Shown: positions 39,755 to 51,539 of the stretch, in pieces | How positions within the stretch are numbered: the first letter of the stretch is position 1 | Layout: every line of letters starts with the position of its first letter | Assembly: GCF_006345805.1 (NCBI RefSeq) | Contig: NC_042997.1 | Coordinates: 109,244,001-109,308,000, forward strand | DNA: 64,000 nt | Source: Octopus sinensis | Lineage: Eukaryota | Reading direction: 5' to 3' | The notes under the pieces: generated by a model | Told to the model about the DNA's origin: nothing | Database searches by the model: none | The model's input: only the letters and a program-made list of their open reading frames with translations | Translations under genes and position numbers: made by a program

Positions 39755-40176
39755 GTGTGAACCGGGATTAATTCCCGTCGCTCAAGGACACAGAAAACGA
39801 ATTAAAAAAAAAAAGAATTTCAAAACAAAAATGAAGGAAAAAATAATTAACTAATTAATGAATTGGATATTTTAATGAAATTGGAATGAAATGAAATAAA
39901 AGTAAAATTGAAAAAGAATGAAAATTAATTATTTTAGGAAAAATAATATAGACAAAACTTAATTTTCTTCAGGTGGAAATGATGACGACGTTCAAACAGC
40001 AAAAGTGTTCACTGTAGCGGCAGCAGAAGCCGCAGCAGTAGCAGCAACAACAGCGATAGTGACAGCTGTAGTACTGGTGGTGGTGGTTGTGATAATATTA
40101 ATGGTAACTATTTTACAGGGATAGTCAAAATGGTTTTAAAAAGACACAGAAATACATACACACACACGTACGCACA

Positions 40177-40244
<68 letters not shown>

Positions 40245-40659
40245 CATTCATATTTTATTCCTCTGTCTCGGAATCTGCCCTTCGTATATATTATGGACCG
40301 TATATTTAATATAATGTGCATGTCTGAATAGCTCAAGAGCGGATTGCTTCACTCAGCTGGGTCTAATTATCTACATACTCTCCAGGAATATCGTTCGGCC
40401 GGTACTTATGTACCGAGTTTTGATATTTACATTATATCGTTGTGTGTGTATATTATTCCGACCTAACGAGGTAACTCAATTTAAGTACCTAATTCAACCG
40501 AATCTTACACACACACATTTATAGAAAAAAATTAATAAATAGTGCAATACAGTATTATTGCTTCCCTGTAAAACAAAGTACCATCAGGTTAAAGTATAAG
40601 ATATTGGTGCATTGTTGTACCAGAATCGATTATAACCATACTTACTCCATGCCATATGC

Positions 40660-41770
40660 AACCATACTCCGGGATATGCCAATACATACAGAAAAATTAA
40701 GGCCAATAGGCCGGATAGAGTTGTCAGAGATCACCATGTGAGAAAAATGCTTTCTTAATCGATTTATCAGTACCAACAGATAACAATGTTTCTTAAAAGG
40801 AAGCGGAGAAACTTTCAAATTACAAAGATCTGGAAATGTAAAGGTTAATTCGAATGTGGACTCTAAAAACAGAAACAATTCCTATCATAATAGGCTCATT
40901 AGCTATGACACAAAGCATTCAGATATATACACAATAAAAACTCCATGGCTTACAAGTATAGATAACATACAGAAAATAGCCCAAGTAGGCACCACACTCT
41001 TCTTACATAAAACACATTCAATACAGTGAAAATAAGAGCACTACCACAAACTACAACAGATACCCAAGGCATACAGAGCTGCACTGGGTATTGCAGTGAA
41101 AGCACGCGATAAAAATAAGGCTACTGAATAGAAAAGTCGATAAATATGACAGGTTAGCTGAGAAGGTTAAGCTGTTGTGGTCACTGAAAAAGGTGGTAGT
41201 AGTACCAATAATTGTCGGAGCCCTGGGAACAGTGAGTAAAAAATTTTGAGAAGTACATGGAACATATAGGGGCTGCAATAAGGGTGGAGGACTTGCAGAA
41301 AACAGTACTGCTTGGAACCGTTCGGATACTCCGGAAGGTGCTCGACAAATAATGGATGTTACCTTAGCGAACAGCTGGCACTGTAGTATATCTACAGCGT
41401 TAGAAGCTGTGCAAAGACAATAAAATAATAATGATAATGGTAGAGCCTAACAGACGGGACCTAGCGATGGTGGACAAGCTGCACCAGATATACTATATAG
41501 TTGAACTTACGTGTTCCTTTGACTAACGAATAGTCGAGAAGAAACAACGAAAAAATAGATAAATAGAACCCTTTTAAGTACGAAATAGCTCGTCTATAGA
41601 AAATAAGGAGGATAAAGATAGTGCCAATTATTGTCGGGTTCTTGAGGATAGTATCTGAACGCATGAAGAGGAATATAAAAGAAATCGGAATAGAGTGCCC
41701 GGTAGAACTACTACAAAAGTTTTGCCTCCTTGGCACGACCAGAATAATCAGGAAAGTATTGGACAATTGT
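40660..41770 (+). mobile_element. Three tandem 3'-end fragments of R4/Dong-like LINEs (about 40660-41030, 41040-41350, 41440-41770)
   Basis: Each shows the REL C-terminus pattern KY..L...V..LW.....VPIIVG.LG.......LQK..LLGT.RI.RKVL in degraded form. Confidence 0.7.
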
Positions 41771-42067
41771 AAAGAACAGATGGCATGGTACCGTAGGCTG
41801 CAGCAGCAAGCCCGCTACGCATGCAACACTCTAGAAGTTCCCACAAAACCTAGCATAAAAAGAAATAATATTAATTTTTTCTTTGACTCTCATTCTGATT
41901 CACAGCAAAGATTTCTCTTTCAGTTCTTTTTAATTTCTTTCTTTATTCCGTTTCCGGTTTATAATCTGCAGGCTTATAAACTATGTCACCCCGACAAGAT
42001 GATAACGTAAACACGCAGCTTGTTAGAAATCTCTGGTTTACACGAAGATCTTTGGCTAGATTATCTA

Positions 42068-42269
42068 CAAGAAGAAGACGAAGACGAAGAAGAAGAAGAA
42101 GAAGAAGAAGAAGAAGAAGAAGATGAAGAAGAAGAAGAGAAGAAGAAGAAGAAAAGAAGAAGAAGAAAAGAAGAAGAAGAAGAAGAAGAAGAAGAAGAAG
42201 AAGAAGAAGAAGAAGAAGAAGAAGAAGAAGAAGAAGAAGAAGAAGAAGAAGAAGAAGAAGAAGAAGAAG

Positions 42270-42300
<31 letters not shown>
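42068..42300. repeat. (GAA)n tract
   Basis: Direct reading. It explains the poly-E/K/S/F ORFs. Confidence 0.99.
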
Positions 42301-42789
42301 CAATAGATAAGAGAATTTGGTTTGTATACAAAGTAGGAAGTTACGCTAAATCCCATCTTAGTCGCCTGTTATGCTAGAGGCGAACATATTTGTTACGTCT
42401 GCACCGATAGACTGCTGTGAAATCTAAATTTACAAATGATACATGTAGATATCTGTTAAGTTATCACTAAACCATGGGTTCATTCACTAAACTCCTACAC
42501 ATTTTATCTTTCCATTCTGTGATCGAACAGTCAAGGTGAGTCTGTTTTACTGATGAACTCTTACTGGGGCGAAAGATGTCCAATGTTGTCTTTACACTGA
42601 AGATTATCACATTCACTCTTCCCTGCATTCTAGTCTTAAATGACTTAAACTGATTTTATAGCTTCAGATTATCTTCACTGAATTTTATTAAACAGAATCG
42701 TTAAAGAATTCATCCTGATAATGCCTTTATAAAGATTTAAAATATGATGCTGCTTCCTGTACTCATTAACGTTTTCTAATAGAAGCACA

Positions 42790-43210
42790 AGGCCTAAAAT
42801 TTGGGACGGATGGGGATTACATCAACCCCAGTGTTTATCTGATTCTTATTTTATCGACCCCGAATGAATTAAAGGCAAAGTCAACCTCACCGGAATTTGA
42901 ACTCAGAACGTAAAGACGGACGAAATGCCGCTAAACCTTTTGTCCGATGCGGTAAGGATTCTGCAGGCTCGCCCGCTTATCGCGTGCACATTAATATCCT
43001 TTTTACAATAGGCACAGTAATATATTTTCGAATACAGGCACAAGGCCTGAACGTTTGAGGGAATGGATTGCAAGATTAGAAAAGCCCCTTAACTGGTACT
43101 TGTGTTATCGAACATAAAATGGATGAAAGGCAAAGTCGACCTCGGCAGCATTTGAACTCAGAACTCAGAACGTAAAAACGGACGAAATACCGCTAAGCAT
43201 TTCACCCATA
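42790..43210 (-). mobile_element. Two tandem SINE copies, second family
   Basis: AGGCACAAGGCCT...ATCGACCCCGAA..GGCAAAGTC.ACCTC..CGGAATTTGAACTCAGAACGTAAA occurs twice. Confidence 0.75.
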
Positions 43211-43975
43211 GTTTATTCGTCCGCAGCCAATACCTAGCTATTTAAGAGCAACAACATAACCGTTGAATAGATTAAAAAACAAAGAACAAAAAACACCTAG
43301 CGTTCTGGTGAAACTAAAACCCTGGACACAGTTTTTAGTAATTTTTAAAAAAGGAAAAATATTAGCTTCCTATATTGGTTTGGAAACACAGTTGGCCATA
43401 GATTGATTTTGTTCAGAAAAGCGTATGTTTGATGTTTATCCATTTGACTTCTTTAGCTGAGAAGATTAAAGGTTAGGAAAAACATTGTTTGAAACCTTAG
43501 TCATTACTCTCCCGCAGTGGAACTTATTGACTCGTTTAATATGTCGGACTTGTAAATCTCTAAGAAGTCAATGTTGTATTAATTCACGCTGAAATGTTTT
43601 AAACGCTGTATTAGATATGTAATGTCATCTTAAAGCAGGCGATTAAGGAGGATTATTTTAGACTTAGGATGTTCTTCACGAAATAGTGACATGAAAAAAT
43701 GTGGGATTTTAAAAAATAAGAATGAGACTTCAATGTTAGACCATGTATTTTGTGTAGCCCTTACTGTTAAAGTTTTTATGTCGGCCAGCCTGAGAGGTTG
43801 GTAAGTTCACCGAAAATGTGACACCGCAACACAAACGTATTCGTCTGGCGTTTGTCATTCAAATGATTAAAATCAGACCGGGATGGATCTTGTATTTTTC
43901 ATTTAGGTTTGTCTGCTTGTCAGTGTATCAGCATAAGACAACATGCTCCTGGACTCTGTGTATGTGTGTGTGTGT

Positions 43976-44026
<51 letters not shown>

Positions 44027-44704
44027 TTGAGTTTTACCCAATTCTTCTGAAGAGACTTCAAACCAATCGCTAACAAAGTGCCAAAACTTTTTCAATTTAG
44101 AGAGTTTCCGATGTTTGAAAATATGTGTTTAAGTTAGTGTATCGCTTAAGCTGTCGATGTATGTATGTATGTATGTATGTATGTATGTATGTATGTATGT
44201 ATGTATGTTTGTATGTATGTATGTATGTATGTATATATGTGTGTATGTGTGTATGTATGTGTGTATGTATGTATGTATGTATGTATGTATGTATGTATGT
44301 ATGTATGTATGTATGTATATATGTGTGTATGTGTGTATGTATGTGTGTATGTATGTGTGTGCATGTATGTATGTATGTATGTATGTATGTATGTATGTAT
44401 GTATGTATGTATGTATGTATGTATGTATGTATGAATGTATGTGTGTGTGTATGTATGTGTGTAGGCATGTGGAAGAGAGTGTAATTCGGCAGGAGGACTT
44501 AAACGACATGCAAAGGTACATGAAGCCCAGTCACAACTACAGCCGGCTACTGCCGGTAAAGGTTTTTGTTGCCAATCCTGTAAAAGACATTGTAGATCTT
44601 TAGCTGGGCTAAAAAGTCACATTCGATCACAGCACCAATAACTGTTAAACTTCGTGCAATGGCCATACTCGATAACGAAGGAGCAGCCATCATGTACGTA
44701 TGTA

Positions 44705-46318
44705 CAGTTGCGGCCAAAATGTTCAGAACGGCATTGTTTTCGCCAGAAAAGTAGATATAACTTTTTATCAAAGTTGTTTTCTGTTCTATAATTTTCACAG
44801 ACAATAAATACAATATGAATTGTTATTGTCTGAGATTTTGGTGTAATTTGAGAGGAATACGAAAGTTATGGATGATTTAGTGATTTACTGCAAAACCCAT
44901 GGCGGCCAAAATGATCAGAACGGTTGAAAAAATAACAAAATAATAAAAAATGACAGAGAATACTGAAATTATTTAATATTTAGTGTGAAGCCCTTTAGCT
45001 TCAATCACACTTTGACATCTTCGACTGCATGAGGAAATTAAATTTTCAATTTCTTGCTAGGTGATCTTATTTCATTCTTCCTGAAGGGCATTCCATAATT
45101 GCTCGGTTGTTTTAGGATTTCTGGCTTTCGAACGTTCTCTTAGAATATTCCACACATTTTCAATAGGATTGAGATCTGGGCTTTGAGCAGGCCAATCCAT
45201 AATAATAACCTTTTCAGCCTTGAGGAAGTTCATGACCACCTTAGCCTTGTGACATGGGACATTGTCCTGCATGAATATGGGTGGTCGCTTAGTTGAATTT
45301 CTCAGCACAGGCAAGACATGATCATTTACAAGTTGTTTATAAATTCCTGCATTTACCTTTCCGTGTAATCGCACTAAAGAGCCCACACCACCTCCAGATA
45401 TCATCCCCCAAACCATGACACTTCCTCCACCGAATTTATCACTAGTCTTAAGGCATTTAGGCGACAATTTTTCACCTACTTTTCGACGAACGTACCTTTT
45501 CCCATCTGAGCCAAATAACATAAACTTAGATTCATCACTGAAATGCACCGTTTGCCATTTTTCTTGAGACCACAACACATGTTCGGTTGTAAAGGTAAGA
45601 CGACACTTTTATTTTTGGAGCTGATCAGTGGCTTCACTCCAGGTGATCTTGCTTGTAGGTTATGTTCAGCTAAACGATGAGACAACGAGATAGCGTTTTC
45701 TTCAGTACAATGCTCATTTCCCGAGAAACAGCAGCAGCAGTTTTAAATGTCCTTTTTAACCAACTTTACCATAGCACGATCTTCTCTCTTGGTCGTTTTT
45801 CTTGGCTTACCTGTAGACTTTCTTGCTTCACACGAACCACAATCATCGAAGACCTTAAGAATACCGTGAACAACACTTTTTGACTTGTTAACAATCTTTG
45901 CAATAGACCCAATACTTAAATTATCCTTCTTTCGAAGCTTAATAATCTGTTGACGAATTGGTAACGGAGTAAGTGGCATTATATTAACAAAGTACACTGC
46001 AGATATTCTTACTAATGTTTAGTAAACGAACCATCACGTAAACAAATTCAAACCATTAGAGTTCGCCAGTAAAAATTTACTAAAACACGGAGTAAAAGCA
46101 ACCGTTCTGATCATTTTGGCCGCCATGGGTTCTGCAGTAAATCACTAAATCATCCATAACTTTTGTGTTATCCTCTCAAATTACACCAAAATCTCAGACA
46201 ATAACAATATCGTATTTATTGTCTGTGAAAATTATAGAATATAAAACAACTTTGATAAAAACTTATACCTACTTTTCTGGCGAAAACAATGCCGTTCTGA
46301 ACATTTTGGCCGCAACTG
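44705..46318 (-). mobile_element. Tc1 transposon, IR/DR type, complete ends
   Basis: TA flanks at 44703-04 and 46319-20. TIRs 44705-44926 and 46099-46318 each contain two 22-bp direct repeats GCGGCCAAAATG(T/A)TCAGAACGG. Confidence 0.95.
44985..45997 (-). pseudogene. Tc1 DD34E transposase (disrupted)
   Basis: FSDESKF, MQDNVPCH and SPDLNPIE, with 34 residues counted between the second D and E. It is split by frameshifts and stops. Confidence 0.92.
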
Positions 46319-47049
46319 TATGTGTCTGTGTATGTATGTATGTGTGTATGTATGTGTATATGCATGTATATATGTATGTGTGTATGTATGTATGTTTATG
46401 TGAGTGAATACCAAAAGTTGAGTAAGTTTAAAGACCTTGAAACAGAACTGGCAAAATGTGCGACTGAAGACTAGAACAATGGCCGTTGTTGGTGCTTCCC
46501 TCGGAATAATAGCAAAACATTTGATAGAGGAAGAATATTTCGAGTAATTCAACAAATATTTTGAATGGTAACAGCAACAACAACAACGCATTTACAGATA
46601 TATGTTCTACATTGGATGATACTTCCATCGTCACACAGACAAAAGTTTCAGACTTAGAAAATGTTTCTATAACAAAACAATTAACTGGGAGAATTGTATA
46701 AAACAGGGATTGCTTTACCCCAGGGTGTAATCCAAAACTAAGAGAAAAATGAGATTTGTACTTTGAAAAGAATGGCAACAGTTTTCCAATTCCTGTGGAG
46801 ACATCTGTTAAAAGCATTAGAATGAAAATCGGGTGAAATTTTTTCTCAACCGATCCCGTCTTTAGTGGACGGATCGCCGTAAAGTACGACATCTGAAGAG
46901 AGATTAAGGTAAATGGCCACTGATAGGAACCATGCTGTATTAATTGCATGGTTTGCTAGGATTTTCGCCTCTCGTCTCCTCTGTATTTACTAAATCTTGA
47001 TATACTATTGTGGAAGCTAGAGAAGGGTATCTCTTGCACGATCTAGGAG

Positions 47050-48150
47050 GCAAAATCGCTGTATCGGTATTTGCCGATAATGTTACTGTAAAAGCGTCGG
47101 GCAGCGCAGAACACCGAGAGGGATCAGTGCCGTCCTGAGAAACAGCGTCTCGCTGAGGGGAACCCTATTTAAAAAAAATTCTCGATGGGCTTGCGGCTAG
47201 ATAGCTGAATAGGGAGTTCAATGCTGTTCAATAGCCTTGTTAGGCGCTGGATGGATCGGTTAAATTGCTAAGGGTCTGCTTTGGTCCAGAGGTCCAGTTG
47301 GAGAAGATTTGCGTGGTGATGAGTCGAGTAGTTAATGTCACTCAGAAATGGAGCTCAAACGAAGCTAATCCTGAATGCTGTGGTGGCGACCCTACATCAT
47401 CTTCATTATCAATTACCACTTGGTAATCGTACCTAGTCCTAGTTTACATTTCGCTAGACTGATGCCTGTGCTCTTCCTCTTTTTATGGTAGGGACACTGG
47501 TGAGGCTCTCAACATCCTCTACATGAAGATCTAGACATGCTGTGGATGATGATCCGCAGCCATACGCTGAGGATGCGAAATATCCAGGAAATTCTTGACG
47601 GGGAACTGGGTTCGTCGCCGTTTGTCTGATGCGTTTTGTCCTAGGTCGTTTCCTTCATATAACTTCAGGTCTTGGTCAGGTGCCTGCCTGGCACTAAAAG
47701 TGTCATAAATTACTCACAGCCTTCTATTGCATGGCCTATGCGATTGGTGGATATCCCATGTTGGGTTTTATAGGTACAAACAAAAGCGATGACATTCATG
47801 AAGGAACACTGGATACCAACGAAAATCAATAGGGTAGTCTATTTCTGTAGATTTTCCATCCAGAACCCATATATATTCTTCAGAGGACCCTGGCCTGAGA
47901 GTGCAACCAAGCCGTATTGCTTGTTCGAGATAAACTCTGCAGAGACTGAAGTGCCATCTGCTGGCATGTTCAATATTCGCCCAGTGAGACGAAACTGCTC
48001 TGCACTCACTCTTCTAACCTCCGAATATTTCCAACTTGCAAAGTTGTGTAGAAAAACTGTTATCACTTATAGGACGGATCTGTCTATCAGCTGAGCCCAT
48101 TATGAAGATCTTCCCAGCGCCTTGTTTTTGCTGGAAAGGGCAGACAGATT
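47050..48150 (+). mobile_element. Highly degraded Tx1 ORF2 relic
   Basis: Recognisable SVFADNVTV, FGPEVQLEK and VRDKL-like segments colinear with 37920-38870. Confidence 0.6.
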
Positions 48151-49832
48151 TTAGCTGTCAGCTGGCTGCAGTGAGGAAATCCTGTGGTGGACGAAATTGA
48201 AACGGTTGATGACAGAAGGAAAGTACTGCTGTCGATGACAACGATGAACCTCACCCAACACCTCATTCAAAATTGCTAGACTTGTGCTTATACCAGAAAT
48301 CCTTGTTGCTATTGTTGTTGCTCACACTCAGCAATAGAAGCACTTCTACCAGGTCTTTTGACCTGCTAGAAATAACAGCCACGTTATATCATGTCATATC
48401 CCAACATCTAAACTCAGAAAGAATATGTTGAACAAGATAGTCCAACATGCGCTAAAAGTTGGGATGGTCACAACTGAAACAGGTTTATTTATAGCTCTCT
48501 CTCACTCTCTCTCTCTCACTCTCTCTCTCACACTCTCTTTCTCTTTCTCTCTCTCTCTCTCTTTCTCTCCCTTCAACTGTAGCTAATCTGGTACTAAATA
48601 ACTCTTTGTACTATAGGCACAAGGCCTGATTAGTTTGGGAGAGGGGATTATTCGATTACATCGACCCCAATGTTCAGCTGGTACTTATTTCAGCGACCTC
48701 GGCGAAATTTGAACTCAAAACGTACCGACGGTCGAGATGCTGCTAATCACTTTCTCCCGGCGTGCTATTGAGTCTGCTAGTTCACTGCCTTATATCTGTT
48801 GCTAAATAAAAGCAATAACACCACTGTCAATAGTGAATCGTACCAGGAGATGGAGTGTTGGCTAAATCGAAGGATGACAGCAAAGTTATGAGTGGTTGTA
48901 ACAGAAGCAAATTGTCGTAATGGTTGCTGGTTTGTCCTCTTGTCACCATTGTTACTCCATCCCAGTTACTGAAATTGGCAGCAGAATAAATAGACCTAAA
49001 TACATTATTAACAGTTACTCTAAGATACATAATGTCCACATCATGGAGTGCTTTCAAACATGTTGTGCATAGTTATTTACCACATATCAACCAAGGTGCA
49101 AATAAAGTGGAAATTACTGCGGCACAAAACCCCCAAATGTCAACAATAAAGATTAGCGATAATTCCCACGACTTGGATTGTCGGTAGACTTAATCCACAG
49201 TTGTTAATCATACCTGTTTTAAATTCAATCAATTTATATTTTAAAACGCAAACATAGATTGCACAGTATTTTATAGATAACGGAATATATTTGAATAATC
49301 TAAAACTAATTTAGCTTCATTAATTTTATTTTGTTAAATTTTGTTAACTCCACAAACCTAATTTTTTTTAGTCAATATGACGACGTGTTGCAGTGTTTTA
49401 CTTTGCTTCTGCCTTACTGAAAAAAAAAAGTTGAATAAAACGAGGGAAACTTTGTAATGTCTTAGCGTCTTGTACAAAGCGTTTCCTGTCTTGAGATTTC
49501 TGATTTAAATCTGCATTTCGTAGCTTTCATAATACAATGCAATGTTTCAATGTATTATATAGGTTGTGAGGAAGCGGCTTTAATTGAGAATTATTACAAG
49601 CATTAAAGAACTTTCGACTTCACAACCGATGGTGTCACAAATGTTTTATTGGACCGGAGGAATTCTAAAATAATTTTGAATATTAAACGGTGTCATTTAA
49701 GGAAGTACACAAAAACTTTAGAAGGCGACAGTCAATTGTTTAAAAGTGATTCATACAGTCTTCTCTTAGCTGAAATAAGATTTTGTTATGATGCGATTTA
49801 TCTTCTTAGCTCCAATTAAGGCTGACAAGAAA

Positions 49833-50720
49833 ATGAAACTAGCCATGATTTTAACGTGTTTCCTTTTACAGCCCTTGTTTGATGACTGCGAAGCAGAAAT
49901 TATTTCCCCTCCAAAATATAAGCTTAGTCCTATTTCTCTTGAACACCAGGAAAAGTCAAATATTTTCAAGGAATCACTTGCACTGAATACAACAGATATC
50001 AATCAGATCTTGGCTTTCATCAAAGAACATTGTTCATCTGTGAATGCTTCAGTACGCAGTCTTTTAAAATTATGCAAGAATGACGATCAAAGTAATTCGG
50101 TGCAGAAATGGGGAAATAATGCTTTGGGACATTCCAGTGATATCAGTCGAAAGATACTGGCAGACTGCAGCGTTGGTGAAAATCTAGAGGCGAAGCAATA
50201 TTCATACAAACCTGCAATGGCAACATGGGATGTGGAATCAAAGAATTACCAATATACTAACCGTAGCAATAAAGCTGAACAATCATTCCCTCAAATCATT
50301 TCGCCGTCATTTCATTTCTCTGGATATGACGATGTAATACGTTCAAATAGAAGTAGGTTCTACATTTGCATTTACCTCACTGGAAGAAATTCAGAAATTC
50401 TTCTAAAGAACTACGGCTATAACATTTGTTGCAGTAGTGAAGAATCGATACTGTCATCCAGTAACTCTAAATCTTTGCGTCAACCTCATAAATATTCTTT
50501 ACGAGATTTACGACATTTTTCTTTTTTAAACTGGGATTTACAATACAATTCCGAATCGGAAACTGTATGTCGGTACCACCTAAAGAAACGTCGTACGTCT
50601 TCACTGCTCACTAAAAACAATTCTGGTTTCTCCCAAAAGATAATCAAGTGGGTTTTGTTTTGTTTCATAGAAATATTGGTCCTGGGTTTAATTATCTATA
50701 ATGTATTGTTTTGTGATTAG
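49833..50720 (+). CDS. Uncharacterised secreted or membrane-anchored protein (~295 aa; track ORF starts 49788)
   Basis: A 310-codon open frame in non-repetitive AT-rich DNA. It has a signal-peptide-like MKLAMILTCFLLQPLFDDCEA, 5 N-glycosylation sequons, KKRR and a C-terminal hydrophobic stretch. Candidate splice acceptors lie at ~49769 and ~49809, and AATAAA at 50729-50734. Confidence 0.75.
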   Translation: MKLAMILTCFLLQPLFDDCEAEIISPPKYKLSPISLEHQEKSNIFKESLALNTTDINQILAFIKEHCSSVNASVRSLLKLCKNDDQSNSVQKWGNNALGHSSDISRKILADCSVGENLEAKQYSYKPAMATWDVESKNYQYTNRSNKAEQSFPQIISPSFHFSGYDDVIRSNRSRFYICIYLTGRNSEILLKNYGYNICCSSEESILSSSNSKSLRQPHKYSLRDLRHFSFLNWDLQYNSESETVCRYHLKKRRTSSLLTKNNSGFSQKIIKWVLFCFIEILVLGLIIYNVLFCD

Positions 50721-51139
50721 ATATTTGTAATAAATTGTTCTCCAAAATTATCCAGAGCTCGATTAAACGGATTCCATTGAGACTTGTGCTTCTATTATTT
50801 CTTAATCAATACACGTTTATCAAGCACTGGAAGCCAAAAATCCAAAATCATATATTGAACTATATTGGAAATTTTCTATTAAAATAATCTAATGGGACTA
50901 ATCTAGCGAGCTGTTTTCAATCGATGATATGGAGAAAACAAAGGTGAGAGATTTTTACACGTTTTAAAAAAATAAAATAACCACGTTTTGATAACTGGTG
51001 CCCCAGTCTGGGCTTGCAATGCAAACTAGAAATATCTTAGAACAATATCGTTGATACACACATACACACACACACAAATAAACACACGTGCATATATATA
51101 TTTATATATGCTTTATTAATAAAGCTGCGAAAACATCAT

Positions 51140-51187
51140 AAAAACTGTTACTCAGAGTTTCACGTTCACGTTTGTCGGACGGTTTTT
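51140..51187 (-). ncRNA. Hammerhead motif with mutated core, in a ~170-bp element between (TA)n tracts
   Basis: AAAAACCGT-CCGACAA-ACG-TGAA-CGT-GAAA-CTC-T-GAG-TA-ACAGTTTTT. Stem I pairs at 8 of 9 positions, and the core differs from CUGANGA at positions 4 and 8. Confidence 0.55.
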
Positions 51188-51286
51188 GTTTCTCAACCAA
51201 AGCATATTACTCTACCTCTGGTATTCGAGTCCTATTTTTTTCCACCTTGTTTCGCATTTATATACTTACTCTGGTACATGTATATA

Positions 51287-51341
<55 letters not shown>

Positions 51342-51539
51342 CATACTCTCGTTTTGTCTCAAAAACCATAAAAATACCGCATCTAACAAATTTGTGCTTA
51401 TTTTATAATGTATCGCAAATTTACTTTCAATGAAAGAAAATAGAACATTGCTTGATTGTAATGTTTATAATAATTTTTTTGTTCATATGAAACATATTGT
51501 TACTCTAAGTCAAATTGTATGCAAGTTGTTAAGGTAAAG

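Noticed and set aside
42545-42597. CTGATGA-ACTC..GGGGC-GAAA motif
   Set aside because: Stem I pairing is poor and may be chance.
48827-49057. 76-aa minus-strand ORF with possible AG/GT boundaries (putative host exon)
   Set aside because: It is short, has no recognisable domain and no partner exons, and such splice-like dinucleotides are expected by chance.
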